From positions 10,850,001 to 10,914,000 of the forward strand of contig NC_043022.1 in NCBI RefSeq assembly GCF_006345805.1: 64,000 bases of DNA, read 5' to 3'. This DNA comes from Octopus sinensis (Eukaryota). The translations under genes were made by a program, and so were the position numbers. The notes under the pieces were generated by a model. The model saw nothing but the letters and a program-made list of their open reading frames with translations, was not told the origin of the DNA and did no database searches. This document shows positions 49,494 through 62,612 of the stretch, piece after piece; the first letter of the stretch is position 1; each line of letters starts with the position of its first letter.

Positions 49494-52400
49494 TACATAC
49501 ACATACATACATACATACATATACATACATATACATATACATACATATACAATACACATACATAATATACATATACACTACATATATACATACATATATA
49601 TACACACACATACATATATACACCCACATATATATATACATATATACACACATACATATACATACATACACACACACACACACACATATATATAAGTGTG
49701 TGTGTGTACACTCATACAAGGAGCCCCCATAAAAAAAAATCAAAAGACTCTTAAAGAGATGGTAATTCAATTTTCATTTCTTTTTAGATTTAACCTACTG
49801 GAAGTAATCAGACAACATATTGAACAGGGGAAATTTTTTTCTAAATTGCTACAGGACATTAGAAAATTTTGTCTAAGTACAAAGACAGCTGACCCATGCA
49901 AAAGCGCATTGTAACTAGCAATGTGCTGGTCACATGATCACGTATTCATATTAGTCGGTATAAACATACATACACTACATATGTGTATACATGCATGCAT
50001 GTATACATATGCCAACACACGTATTCACATTTAATCATGTCTATGCATATGTTTACATTCATGTAGGTTTTTGTGTATATACACATGATCATGTATGTGC
50101 ATGTGTGCACTCATATACACACTTCTACATGTGTGTATGCATACTTATATGTAGACATATATACATATGTAAGCTATAGTAAAAGAAATTTGCTCAAGGT
50201 GCAGTAGGAACTGTGTTATTGCAGACCTCTTTAATATGCTTCCAAACTTACATTCACTTGATGTCTTGGATGTTTTGTAGCACTCACAGCAGCAACCCTT
50301 TCAGAATCGTGTTTGATATTTACTTATAAATGTTATCTGACCAGAATATTAAATAGCAAACTTACATTCAGTCTTGTGCCTTTAGGGTTTTATTTTGGGC
50401 ATGCATTAAGGGTACATCAGCACTGAGGCAGTTGTATAAGTTAAAGATGAGATGTTGACTAAATTAGCCGTAATATTTAAAATATACAACATCAAAATGC
50501 AACATTGTAATTGTAAGGAGAATACGTTTGGACATGGTTTGATTTAAGGATACTGAGGAGCTGTTTCATGGATACCCATCAAAATTATATTACTGGGTGG
50601 GAGACGACATCAGTTGAACAATGGCTGGTATTAAAGGAGTAAAATGCAGTCTAAACTATCTAGATATCAGAATGGGGAGTATGGAATTAAGGATGAAATA
50701 GAATATAAAGTGTTGTAGCTAAACATAAGTTACAACTTCAAAAAGTTACAAAGTTTAGTTGAAGAAGGAAGACGGTTTCATGGTAGGTTAAAAGGTGAGT
50801 ATAAATAAAAGATTTTCATACCTTTGTGGATACAAGAATGGTATCTGATTGCATCGTTTTCATCGTTTTTATGTTGCTTTTCACATTCCAGTAGAGATTG
50901 GATCAGACTTCTATGGCTAGATGTTTTTCCTGACACCAAGCTTTGTGTTTTCAAGCAAGTTACTTTTATTACATTTGGTCACAACACATGATAAAACAAC
51001 CGAGCTGTGGGGTTTACAGGAGAATATTGTTGCTCGAACAGTTAGGTAAATCTTGCAGAAACAGTTTCTGTCTACCATTTTTGACTCTTGATGAATTAGT
51101 CACTCAAAGGCCATTGTAGAAGACACCCAAATAGTCATGCAGTAGGATGGAACCAGAAACGATGTGGTTGGGAAACGAACTTCTTAATCACACAGCCATT
51201 CCTATTATGATCTAAATTAAGCAAGAAATAATTAAGGGTGTTAATCTAGCAGGTTAAACAACTGTTCTGAGACTCCCTGGTATAGATATGAAATCGATAC
51301 AATTCTGTATGGTATGACTGAAGAATGCCAGAGTTGTCTCCCGTACTTGCTGTAAATATTTAAGTAACGAATTAATATGATCTTTTCTTCATATTTCTAA
51401 ATGGCTTTTTCACTACACTGAATATACTAAGACCGACCTAACAATTGTTTTTCATGCAGAGGACGTCTCTGAGTAATTATCTCGAGTGTTTTATTTTGCT
51501 AAGCTTATTTAAGTTAAGTCTGGTTTAAGTAAAAGCAACAACTTTAAAACCTAACAAAATAAATGCTGACCTTATTTCTCACCACTCGGTGAAACGTGTA
51601 TTGTGAACATATTCCAGGGTTTCTAAAATGAGCATCTTGATACAAAATTTATGTCTTTCTAGTGCTTATCTAAGGGTTAAAAAAAAGGGACTTTCATTTG
51701 AGGCATTTAGTTACAACACTTTATATTCTAAATTCAAATGTTCTGGATTGACAATATCACCCAGAATAAAACAAGACTTCTATGTTGGTACAATAAAATA
51801 AGAGGTGTGAGCCAATTAAACTGACTACACCCTCTACTCCACAGGATTTGAATCCTGGTGTGCTTAAAGTTCTCATTAATTGTCTAGTGATCCTCTAACT
51901 TACTGTAGTGATGTGTACTTGTAAATAAATGGCACTTGAAGAAATAAGATTGACACATCTTAGCAACGACATAGCTTTTTGAACCAAGTTTCCAACATGT
52001 TAACAACATAACCATTTTCTGGGTATAAAAATGATTGTTCACAGCACAAAGCCACAAATTACTACTAAAAGAGTCAAGTAGTCAACTGAGTCAAGTTCAG
52101 TCAATTTCTGGACTTCATCAACCTTGAAGGTAATGTTGACTCTAGTTAGATTTGAACTCAAAATGTAAAGCAATAAAACTAAATAATGTTAGGGTATTTA
52201 GTCTATCAGTTCACCACTTGAGTAACATTTATTTCTAATTTTGACATAGAAATATTTGGAGAAAGTGTACAGTTGATTGATTCTGACTCCTCCCCTAATC
52301 AGTCTCAGAAAGTTGAAATGTCAAGTTTAGGTCTTATCATTATTGCCACTCTGACCCCGGCCTAAATCAGAAATGGAACCCCTTGCCCATTGGCAAAATT

Positions 52401-52619
52401 TCATCCACATTCAAATTTGAAGCTATCTGCTGACAAATTCTCTGAAAACCTATAGGGGAATAAAAATCACTTTAAGCCTTAATAGTAAAAAATAATTTAA
52501 TATAAATTACATACTTATTAAATCTGTAAAATTAAACATTCATTACTTCCTCAGCACTGAAAGGGTCCTGCAGTTTCTGAGGTATTTGGATTCTGCCTCG
52601 GGCATTAAAAAGGTTTCCC

Positions 52620-52625
52620 TTTATT
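52620..52625 (-). promoter_or_regulatory. candidate polyadenylation signal (AATAAA) for the CFAP74-like gene
   Basis: TTTATT on the plus strand, ~100 nt downstream of the stop codon. The region is AT-rich, so a chance match is possible. Confidence 0.4.
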
Positions 52626-52727
52626 TCACTGTAAATAAACGCTGCAGATGAAGAAATATTTCTTGTTTTGTATTTCAGAGAGAAATATACAAATGAATAG
52701 AAATTCATGGAGAACCTGCATGCTTTG

Positions 52728-52841
52728 CTATGGTGTACAGTTCAGAAGTATAACTGCGCATAAATATATTTTTATTGGGTAGACGGTGGTGTCGGAGCCT
52801 TTCAGATTACATGGAAGAATTGTTTTTATGGAATATCCAGG
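52728..52841 (-). CDS. CFAP74: CFAP74-like, last coding exon (PGYSIKTILPCNLKGSDTTVYPIKIYLCAVILLNCTP*)
   Basis: Acceptor TTTTATTTTTTTCAG, phase 0, TAG at 52730-52728. Resembles the recalled CFAP74 C-terminal L.LKGD..E.Y.V motif. Confidence 0.8.
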   Translation of the reverse strand, partial: PGYSIKTILPCNLKGSDTTVYPIKIYLCAVILLNCTP

Positions 52842-53925
52842 CTGAAAAAAATAAAATAGACATTGAGATTTGATTAGCAATGACAGAGTTTGTTCTTCCT
52901 AACTAGTGACCTATTCATCCCCAGACTTGCTTCAAATTTCAGTAAATTTCAATTCCTAAGGTCTCAATTCATAAGTGTTAGTCATCTATTATGATTCCAT
53001 TCACACCCAAGATGCATTGTGCAAAGAATTCATTGACCTGAATACATAATTATGTTGAACCATAAAAGGATGAAAGGTGGACTAAGTTGGCCTTAATGGG
53101 CATTTATACTCAGAGTATAAAGGACTATAAACAAATATCGCAGGTATTTTGTCCAACATGCAAATCATTGTGCTGATGGACTGCTAAGATGCTTTACTCA
53201 GACCACCTAACAACAACAAGTTGTATAGTTCCATTCAATTTAACTTTTTATTGTTAAATTGTATTACTCTCACTGATATCTCGAAAGGCCTGGGTACAAA
53301 CTCCCTTCTTCAATCCAGACCAGTGCCCCCACAGAATAAAACAAAACTCCCCAAACGTTTGTGTGATGCTCTGATGAGTTATAACTGTTGTTTAATGATC
53401 TCACATTACTTGCATATGAAAAGAAAGCTGGCTGACATACTCAATACTGCTTCTTTTCCATCAGCCTCATAAAGGGATTTGAACCCAGAGCACAATCAGA
53501 GAGAAACAGATGTTAATCATATATTGCTTTTGGTAATAATATATCCCAACACATGATTATCTATTTATGGCTAGACAGACTGATCTTGGTGATGATGCAC
53601 TTGATGGGATTCATTCAATATAGTTTATTGTAAGTGTTCAATATCTAAATTGTTATAATATATGTTGGAAGTACTCAGTTGTTAAATTATACATACTGAG
53701 TACACATTAACTAAACTCTCTGTGATGCTTTTAAACAAAGAATAAAACTGAAGATATGTGATATATCATACACACATTAATATTTTTCATATGACAATTG
53801 ACTGGTAAAATGTAAAAGATCAAGCTATATATCTTTAAGTTTATAGTATTCATTAGACATTGACTTGTATAAGTCTTGCCAGCATGGAAGGCTGGCATTA
53901 AATGATAATGATGATATGTATACAC

Positions 53926-54195
53926 AGGCCCAGTGGTTAGGGCAGCGGACTCGCGGTCGTAAGATAGCAGTTTCGATTCCTTGACCGGGCGTTGTAAGTG
54001 TTTATTGAGCGAAAACACTTAAAAAACTCCACGCGGCTCCGGCACAGGGTTGTGGGGATCCCTGCTGTACTCTTTCGCCACAACTTTCTCTCACTCTTTT
54101 TTCTGTTGGCCTGCTCGCTTAGCCAGCAGGGTGGCGTCATTTGAAGGCTAAAACAATGCGAAACGCAACAACATCTGACAGCCTGGTCGGTCATG
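53926..54195 (+). mobile_element. SINE family E (tRNA-like head) in the last CFAP74 intron
   Basis: GGCCCAGTGGTTAGGGCA A-box, GTTTCGATTCC B-box, and body shared with 34059. Confidence 0.75.
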
Positions 54196-54197
54196 TG

Positions 54198-54214
<17 letters not shown>

Positions 54215-54232
<18 letters not shown>

Positions 54233-54273
54233 AAGAAAGAAAGAGAGAGAGAGAAAGAAAGAGAGAGAGAGAG

Positions 54274-54307
<34 letters not shown>

Positions 54308-54428
54308 AAGAAAGAAAGAGAGAGAGAGAAAGAAGAGAGAAAGAAAGAAAGAGAGAGAGAAAGAAAGAAAGAGAGAGAGAGAAAGAGAGAGAGAAGAAAG
54401 AGAGAGAAAGAAAGAGAGAGAGAAAGAA

Positions 54429-54461
<33 letters not shown>
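54215..54461. repeat. (GA)n/(GAAA)n polypurine tract
   Basis: Direct reading; source of the ERERK/SLSL ORFs. Confidence 0.95.
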
Positions 54462-56573
54462 CCAGTTCCAGTCAAATCATTTCACTTATGCCAACATGGA
54501 AATTGGACACTAAATGATGATGAGAGTTCAAGTCTAGCCTTTTGTATTTTTTTTAAATATGGCAGAATTATATTGGAGATAGATTCTTTGATGCCATTCT
54601 CTACTTTTTAGAATAAGGATAATAAGCATATAGAAAAATATTACAAATGTATATCAAAGAATATAGTTTTCAAAGATGTTCTCTCCTAAAATTTCATTGT
54701 CAGTACAACCTATTGAACTTCACACCATTATAAAGATCAAAGCTTTAGGAAAAAAAATGCAATTTCAAACAAAAATATATATTGCATGGTTCTAAGCAAA
54801 ACTTCCTATAATCTTAAAGTTTTCAAAACTGTTGTGGAATTTTTAATGAGTACTGTTAATATACAGTAATACTATGTAATATAAGTATTCAATAGTTAAA
54901 ATGCATATAGCAATACTATACACAATGGGTACTCAGTAGTTAAACTAAACATAGTGATTACTTAATAGCTAAACTATATATAAGTAATTACATAATAATC
55001 TCCTAATATAATAACGAGTGTAGTGTTTTTATATATTTGTAGATATATATATTTGTCCAAAATCATGCAAGATGGAGGGGGAGAAAGAGTAGTATAAGTG
55101 AAGGGAGAGGAGAGAAAATAGTAATTCAGTGAAGAAGTAGTGAGAGTAATATCCATGATTGAGATGGGGTGAGAGAAAACAATAGCAATTGGGGAGAGAA
55201 AGTGGCAAAGAGAGCATTGTGTATCTTCTACAATAATAATACTCTTGTGTATTTCTCCGCCACAACATATGAATGAGAAAGGAAAGGGTGATAGATGAAT
55301 AAGGAAGGAAGGGGTGGTAGCAAACTTGCATTCCAACTCTGCATGAATATATGTGTGTGTATGTAAAAGGGAGTCATGGGAATGTTTGTGTGTGTGTAAT
55401 CGAAGTGGGATGGTGAACATTTAACACTGAAAAGAAAAATCAAACAAGGGAAGTATGTGAATGTATGTATCTGATTATTATGTACCTTATTTATATATAT
55501 AAAATACTACAATTAGCTGTCATTTGTGACAGCACGGGGCCAGCTAGTTAAATTATAAATAGCTATGCCTTACAGACATAATTGTATGGTTAAAAAGTTC
55601 ACTTTGCAACTACATAGTTTTTGGTTCAATCCTGTTGTATGACACCATGGGTAAGTGTCTTCTACATTAGCTTCAAATCAGCCAAAACTGTGTTAGTAAA
55701 ATTTGGTAGATGAAAACTATGTGGAAGCCCATCACAAGAGACATTTCTGTTCTTGCCACCTGGTTTGAAACCATCAGCTGGAAGAAGGCTATTCTCAGAC
55801 TTAAAACTCTGCTGAAGATACCAAGTGTCTGAGGTCCTGACACTAGGTGTTTGTCCTTCTTCCTATGACTGATCAATACATAAAAAGGAGAGATCATTCA
55901 TTAGTTAAAGTATAAATTTTTCTGCAAATGCAATATAGACAAAGCGTTCTGTTTCAAATGAACCCTGTTAAGTCTTTCAAGGATCAGATAATGATGCTGT
56001 TGTTAAATAGGGTGGTGTGCTTGGCCTAAGAAATAAAAGTGTAGGTATAAATATTGTAAAAATATATTCTAAACATTTAGTTTATAATCTGAAATATGTG
56101 AAATACTAAGAACAATAACGATTGGATATAAAGAGAAATATCTGTAAATACAATGACTTTGTGATGGACTTTGTTGGTAACAATAAATTCATAGGGTAGC
56201 TTGTGGCTGAGCTGGGTAAGAGTAGAGTGGCTGTGAGGAATAATGGATCTAACATTTGCTCAGATCATTTAGTTGTAGATAGTTAACTACTCACTACCAA
56301 GTGGAAACACCACTATTCCTTTCTCTTCCTCTCCCTCAGATGAAGGGCAAGGAAACATTTAGATTTTCTACTCATAATGTTAAATAAACTTATTTGTGAG
56401 TAAAAGCAGAACTGTTAGCACACGTAAGAAATAAGGAACTTTAAAACAGTGACTGAATCACCACTCACAAAACTAGTATCACTACCACTACCATTATTAC
56501 TTCCAGTATTCATATTTCTCTTATGAATATGTTTATCTACAATAAAAATAATCTGAAAATTTCTATTATTTAC

Positions 56574-56639
56574 CTTAGAGCCATGTGGTGGGTTCCAGGT
56601 TAATATCACTGTTTTCTTTGAACCAGAATCTAAAGATGC
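56574..56639 (-). CDS. CFAP74: CFAP74-like exon (ASLDSGSKKTVILTWNPPHGSK)
   Basis: AG/GT boundaries, 66 nt, phase 0-0; ASH-domain-like 'V.LTW.PP' strand. Confidence 0.85.
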
Positions 56640-58082
56640 CTGGAAATAGAGCAAAAGATTTCATCATTATTCCCACTACCACAATTACAAACAGTGGTAT
56701 CAACACCCTTTACCACCACTTCTCTCTCATGCACATACACTCTCTCCTCAAGCACATATTCTCTCCCTTACATGTACACATGCATGCACACACACACACA
56801 CACACACACTCTCTCTCTCTCTCTCTTTGATACCAATATATTTCCACGTGTAAAAGATTATTACTTTGATATTTGTTGCAGAAACTGGGTTTTGGTTTTT
56901 CAAGAATTACTATATCTGCACCTATTTGAAAACCACACTGCATACTCCAACATGCAACAAGTATGGTAGTGTAGGGAAACAGTTTAATGGACTATCTAGA
57001 GGGAGTTTTTCTACTCTCTTCTGCTTAGTACCAGCCCTTGAAAACATTTATTTAGGCTGGCCACAATAAGTCAGTGAATGACTGTTATAATATCAGTCAG
57101 TGAAATTGTGTCAGCTGTCCAAATATATTTTGAGTAAATGACTTTTAAACATGACAATCACTGCTTCTTGAGTTGATGGAGTCTTGTGGCACCAATAAAA
57201 AATATTCAAAGTTTGTATCACCTCACTGTGATTTTGTCATGTCAGCTTACATAGCTGTAAATAAGAACCTCAGTGGTGGGTACAGATCGCTGCAGACATG
57301 ACAGAGCAGTGGATGATAATCAGTGTCAAGTTGAAATATTCCTTTATTGCTGGGCTACTACGGAAGTGTTTCTAACATGGTCCTGATTTAAGTATTTCTC
57401 TTTTCAGCAAGAGAAGATAACAGAAAGTTGCTCTAGTAGCTAGCATCAAACCAATGTCCTATTGTCAATAGAAAGAACTCTGTAAAATACGTAGCTGTTT
57501 TCTATAGCGTGTGGTTCTGAATTTAGTCCTATTTGTGAGTAAAAGCAGAACTGTTAGCACACCAAACAAAATGCTTCACAGCATTTCTTTAGGCTTTCAG
57601 TTAGATACTGCCGAGTCCAACTTTACTGTTCATCCTTTCAAGGTTAATAAATTATGTAGCAGTTCAGCAAAGGGGTCAATGTAATCGACTTCCCCTCCCC
57701 TCAAAATTGCTGACCTTGTTCCAAAATTAGAAGGAACTGCACTACATGAAGGCAGAGTCCTTAGCGTTGTTCTCCAATAATTCAACAGGTAATAGAATAA
57801 CTCCCTCCCTCCATCAAATCATAACTCAAGACCAAGGTCAAGCAAGATGTAAATTAATTGGTTGATATCAGATTGAAACAAAATATGGGTCTTTATAAGC
57901 AGATGAGACTGATAAAGCTGATACCCAGCATGAACAGCTGAAAATCATTGTCTGCAGAGTTCAACATCAGCTAAGAAGGAACTAAGTGGGGGAGTATTAT
58001 TTGAAGGTTTGCAATAGAATGAACTCTCCTAAAGATATCCAAGGACCCTATACATATTACTTAACATGTAACCTCTTTTTAC

Positions 58083-58151
58083 CTTGTATGGATCTATGCT
58101 GAATCCTTTCGATGTAAAATCACTGGTGACTTCAAAGGAAAGCTCTCCTCC
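58083..58151 (-). CDS. CFAP74: CFAP74-like exon (GGELSFEVTSDFTSKGFSIDPYK)
   Basis: AG/GT boundaries, 69 nt, phase 0-0; 'KGFSI.P.K' motif. Confidence 0.85.
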
Positions 58152-59221
58152 CTGTAGGATATATTCATTAATGATAGTTAAAAAAAAAGAAGTAAAATTG
58201 CAGAAAATATATACTTAGGTGGCAACATATTCTTTTAAACAAATGAATATTACAAACAATAGCTATTTATTAAATTCTACCATGATGAACATTTTGATTT
58301 TTTCTTGATTTTCCTATATAACTGAGTGGTTTTGTACTTTCTATCACTTCTGTTTGGTTATGTAACTCAATTTTCTGAGTTGGATCCTGTGTCTCAGATT
58401 CTCTTCTATGAGAATCTGGTTGGGGTGACAGTTCATAGTGGCTAGCCACATGGTCACAGTGGACGAGGAAGTATCTCGCAGAAATGGAAACTGACTGAGG
58501 TATAGCTTGTAAGGTTCCCTGAGATGACCTGAGCAAATACTAACAAATGGTGGATGAAGCAACACACTGTAATTGCACATGTTCCTTTACCTGACCTATC
58601 ACTATGGGAAAATGATGTTGTTATGGAAAATAAATTTTGACTGCCTTAAATTTCATTTCAATACTTTATTTAAAGAAATTTTACAGCCATACCACATCTG
58701 TCTGTTTTAAACATCATCTGCAATGTCACATTCCGAGTAAAACTGACATATGACACAGATATTAGGTTTCTACACATTTTCTGTCTACTAAGTTTCCTTT
58801 ACAAAGCTTAGGTCAAGCCAAAGCTAAAGTAAAATGTCACTTTGTGGGATTAAATCCAGAACCATGTGGTTTCAAAGACAACTAGCTATGCACACACACA
58901 CATTTCATTTCACATTGTGTTGTATTGTGTGTGTTACATTTCACATTGCTCTAGCCTACTCAGTTGAAAATGAGAGAGAGCTCCACCAGTCCAGTTTTGG
59001 CGGAGCTCTCTCTGCCTCCATCTGTCATATCCAGGATATTTTATTGGGTCAAAGGGTGGTAGGGCCAAGAAGATTTTTGTGTCAGCTCACGACTAGACAG
59101 GCATCTAAAACAGTTAAGCTAAAACATGGTACATACTACATACTTATGAGTGGTGGCAAAGGGGCATATAAATATATATATGATTTTAAGCTACGATAAT
59201 GATAGCAATAAATGGATCTAC

Positions 59222-59337
59222 CTTTTTTTGGCTTGAAGATATGGTATTTATGATGCTTCCAAATGTAAGCTCTTTCTTTACAATGCTACATTTATCTTGT
59301 TCAAATATACTCTGTAGATTTACAACAATTGTGTCAT
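59222..59337 (-). CDS. CFAP74: CFAP74-like exon ((D)DTIVVNLQSIFEQDKCSIVKKELTFGSIINTISSSQKK)
   Basis: Acceptor TTTTTTTTTCAG, 116 nt, phase 1-0. Resembles the recalled human 'RELQVGCIRTTQPSPKK'. Confidence 0.85.
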
Positions 59338-59426
59338 CTGAAAAAAAAATAACAAATCAATAAAACAGTTGCGGAAAAGATACGTTTTATATAACTACAA
59401 CTGAAGTGATATACTGGGCAGCTTAC

Positions 59427-59550
59427 CTTGCATTTGTGATAGTGCTGAAAGGCCGAGAGATTCAATGACAGGAACTGGTTTATCATGTTCATCAAAGAAA
59501 ATTGAAGTCCCCTTTCCTTGACCAACAACTTGGAAAGAATGGACACAGTT
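59427..59550 (-). CDS. CFAP74: CFAP74-like exon (NCVHSFQVVGQGKGTSIFFDEHDKPVPVIESLGLSALSQMQ)
   Basis: Acceptor CTTCTCTCTTTCAG, donor GTAAGC, 124 nt, phase 0-1. Resembles the recalled 'GGDPLDVPVESL'. Confidence 0.87.
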
Positions 59551-59679
59551 CTGAAAGAGAGAAGTTTAAAACTGAAAAACACAGGTAGTGCTGTTCGTTT
59601 TGTCTCGATTAAGATAAATATATGGACTCTTATTTTCATATGTACATGGGGAATTGGGAGGAGAGAGAATAAAAGTTAC

Positions 59680-59768
59680 CTTTTCAAAAGTGTTTATTTT
59701 CACAATATCCGAGAAGGATTTACTTGTGTGGTCAGGTGCAAATGTTATAGTGATCTCTTTGGTGCTAC
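59680..59768 (-). CDS. CFAP74: CFAP74-like exon ((G)STKEITITFAPDHTSKSFSDIVKINTFEK)
   Basis: AG/GT boundaries, 89 nt, phase 1-0. Resembles the recalled human 'GKTQDFTVTFSPDHESLYFSDKLQVVLFEK'. Confidence 0.9.
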
Positions 59769-59960
59769 CTACGGGAAAAAGATGTCAGAGAAATAATACT
59801 TTTTTCTTCCTCTAAAAAGTAGTAACAGATTGGTCAGGTGTTATCAACAGTGAATGGGACTTTAGCTAGTTTCTGCAACAAACTGATGGTCCTTATTCCA
59901 ACAGACTCTGTTCATGGCCAAAGTTCACTATTCTGTTTATAAGTCCCATAAATATACATC

Positions 59961-60145
59961 ACTCAAGTGATAAATAACAACATTACTGTTATATTGATAT
60001 CTAACAGAACCATAAAACCTTAATTTTTTGGTGATTGGGAGTTTATAGTCAAATTCACTACAAACTCCCAATCACCAAAAAATTAAGGTTTTATGGTTCT
60101 GTTAGATATCAATATTACAGAAATGTTGCTATTTATCACTTGAGT
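59961..60145. repeat. near-perfect intronic hairpin (84-bp arms, 17-nt spacer)
   Basis: Arms 59961-60044 and 60062-60145 are reverse complements with 3 mismatches; the inner 54 bp are perfect. Confidence 0.93.
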
Positions 60146-60764
60146 TTGACATTAATTTTATCAAGCTCAAAGATGGAACACAAAACTGGCCAGGATTGGA
60201 TTTCAGTTCAGAACATCAAGCAAAATAACTCAATACTGCTAAGCATTATGTTAGATGCTTGTGTTGTGTGTGTGTGTGTGAGAGTGATATAGTGTGTGTG
60301 TATGTATGTGGTGTGTGCACATACACTTGTGTATGTGTGTGTGAGACAGAGTGTGTGTGTTTAAAGATATTAAAGTTTCATGTATTCTGTTTATGTTACA
60401 TATGGTTAAATGAAAACTACATCTGCATCTGTCATTATTGATATCACTTTTCATCTTAAAGCTAAATAACAGAGGTGTTACATCTTAAACTGACAACTAA
60501 AAAACCTTTCAAATAACGAGAAGGCCTCTATGTTGTTACTTGATCTGCAAGAAATAACACCCAAACTTTCCTCAGATCACACCCTTTCTTTCTTATTTTC
60601 TGTTTTAAATGACACATTGAATAATGTAGTCTGGAGTACTTTGAATAAGAATACTTTTGATCATGGGTCAGCTCAACCAGAGCTGGTTTACTGACTTAGA
60701 CAAAGAGAATAAGAAATACACAATCTTAATAAAAGACAGTAATATAGTAATGGTTTCTCCTTAC

Positions 60765-60830
60765 CAGCTGCAATCTGTCCAGAACTAGGGACCAAGTCAA
60801 ACACATTCAAGCCATTATAATTCTGTATGC
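60765..60830 (-). CDS. CFAP74: CFAP74-like exon ((G)IQNYNGLNVFDLVPSSGQIAA)
   Basis: Acceptor TTTTCTTTATTGTAG, donor GTAAGG, 66 nt, phase 1-1. Resembles the recalled 'GTQNLNGQSVFSVAPVKG'. Confidence 0.9.
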
Positions 60831-62157
60831 CTACAATAAAGAAAATTATATTTACAGAAATGAGTTCCCAGAGTGAATTAATGCTTAGTGTGGCAAACAT
60901 GCTACACTTTTGCTAAGATAAGATGTAATTGGTACTTATTATTTTGACTACAGATAAACAAAAAAACAAAAATATTGGACTGGAAGTTTTATAATATTTG
61001 AAAAATAAGTCTGCAATTATTTAATCATTATTTTCACGAGTTTCTGACTAATGTTGGGTCGCCGTGAGGAAAATGTTTCTTTCTTAAAAGTTAATGTTGT
61101 TCTGTGCAATCACTTTTCTGACAGATTAGCTTTCCTCTGAATGGTTCAACTCTGGCTGAGACAATCAGAAACATGCCAAAGTATTGATAAGCAGAGATAC
61201 ATTTTTAAATATTGTATAGCTTTAGACAAATCCCAGCACAGTAAGTTCTTATAACAGCAAACAGAGGATGGACCTTTCAAAAGTGGTTGGTATTCTTACA
61301 GGGGTTTGTTTATAATGATGAAATGCCATCACTTCCACAGTTCCCACAGTAATGAGGGTAGACAAGAAGTGTAGTATAGGCAGGGGCAGGGTCACTGATC
61401 CTGAGTCACCCAGGCAATAATGTTGTTCATTGATGTTGCACTTTGAGAAGTGATGGCTGTGTCTAAGAAGTCATACTCAGACACGAGCTGACTTTCATTA
61501 CATTGGCAAGTATGGTGAAATCTATGTTCTGCTGAAGACAGAAACATAGCTGGAGTTGTTTCTCAAACTTGTTGAAACAATAAAAGTAATATTACCATAT
61601 TTTAACGTATATAAGGAACCCTCTAACTTTCTGGTGTTAAAAGTTGGGAAAAAATAGTTTTGTAAGGGATTATAATACTATCCATGTATAAAAAAACTTA
61701 CATATTTTTTTAACCTAATTTTTGACTAAAAATGGTTCCTTATACACGTTAAAATACGGTTATGTCATTAAGAACTGCAGAATATTTACTAATTAATTTT
61801 GATGTTTACATGCAGAGTTGTCTCCCATACTTGCAAAATAATTAAAATAATATTAGCCATTGAGTTAATGTCTTGCCGCCATGCAGATATTTCTAATTAG
61901 ATCTATAATACACACAACATTAAGTAGATTAATAATAACTTTACAATATGCAGTTTAATCTTGTGCATGCTCTGTGTCTACCTTCAGAGGTAAGAACTTT
62001 GCAGGCATTTTTGGACAGTTTATATTCCCTAACTTTCAAAGAAGACCAGCGTTAGTTTCCTTATATCTTCCTGTTTACTTTATTAAAAAGAGAGAACAAC
62101 AACAACTGATAAAAATAAAACACAAAAAAAAATTTTTTTTTAATTGAAAGTTGTTAC

Positions 62158-62317
62158 CAATGAAAGGTTTTAAAGGTTGGTGTGGAAAATTCTGTCGAAG
62201 GGGTCTGTATATGGTATTAAGCGGTTGAATGTTCCATTCAGCATCTTTGGAATATTGATCAGATATACTTGCCAGTTCAATGGTGAAGTCAATACTAATT
62301 GGTGAGAGATTCTGGAT
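62158..62317 (-). CDS. CFAP74: CFAP74-like exon (IQNLSPISIDFTIELASISDQYSKDAEWNIQPLNTIYRPLRQNFPHQPLKPFI); upstream exons not found in the window
   Basis: Acceptor TTTATATTTTGTAG, donor GTAACA, 160 nt, phase 0-1. All 8 exons sum to 804 nt in one frame. Resembles the recalled 'LQNNSLLPIKFSMHLDSLS'. Confidence 0.87.
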
Positions 62318-62612
62318 CTACAAAATATAAACACAATGTCACATTCTTCATATCTGAACACATATAATTCTAGTCTACTCTCATCTTTGTCAACATAGCA
62401 AGCCATTGATTTTAACTTAGGATCTGTCTTTCATCTGATATAGCCAGCATTGATGTATCTAATATTAATTCCCAAGTTTATTATTTATTACATCAAACAG
62501 GAGGATTTGAAATATAGAAGACACTTCTCCAAGGCACCATGCAGAGGCACTGAACCCAGAACCATGTGGTTGGGAAGCAAGCTTCTTACCACACAGTCAT
62601 GCCTGTGCATAC

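Noticed and set aside
52634-52780. Plus-strand AATAAA (52634-52639) and a strong acceptor (ending 52678) antisense to the CFAP74 last exon, hinting at an overlapping convergent gene
   Set aside because: The acceptor lies downstream of the AATAAA, the open frame is short and its phase does not match the 18-kb exon, and such motifs are frequent in AT-rich DNA.
53926-54000. tRNA-like sequence
   Set aside because: A and B boxes are present, but there is no cloverleaf and it continues into a dispersed repeat body, so it is a SINE head.
58270-58536. 88-aa minus-strand ORF within a CFAP74 intron
   Set aside because: Its frame is incompatible with the phase-0 upstream exon (the in-phase reading stops after 24 codons), and there is no recognisable homology.
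58973-59013. 12-bp stem hairpin AGAGAGAGCTCC/GGAGCTCTCTCT
   Set aside because: Short and largely low-complexity, so expected by chance in GA/TC-rich DNA.
55580-62610. Inverted SINE A heads (55.6 kb plus, 62.5 kb minus) flanking seven exons, as a possible circRNA driver
   Set aside because: Only ~80 nt at roughly 70% identity by eye, which is too weak to claim pairing.
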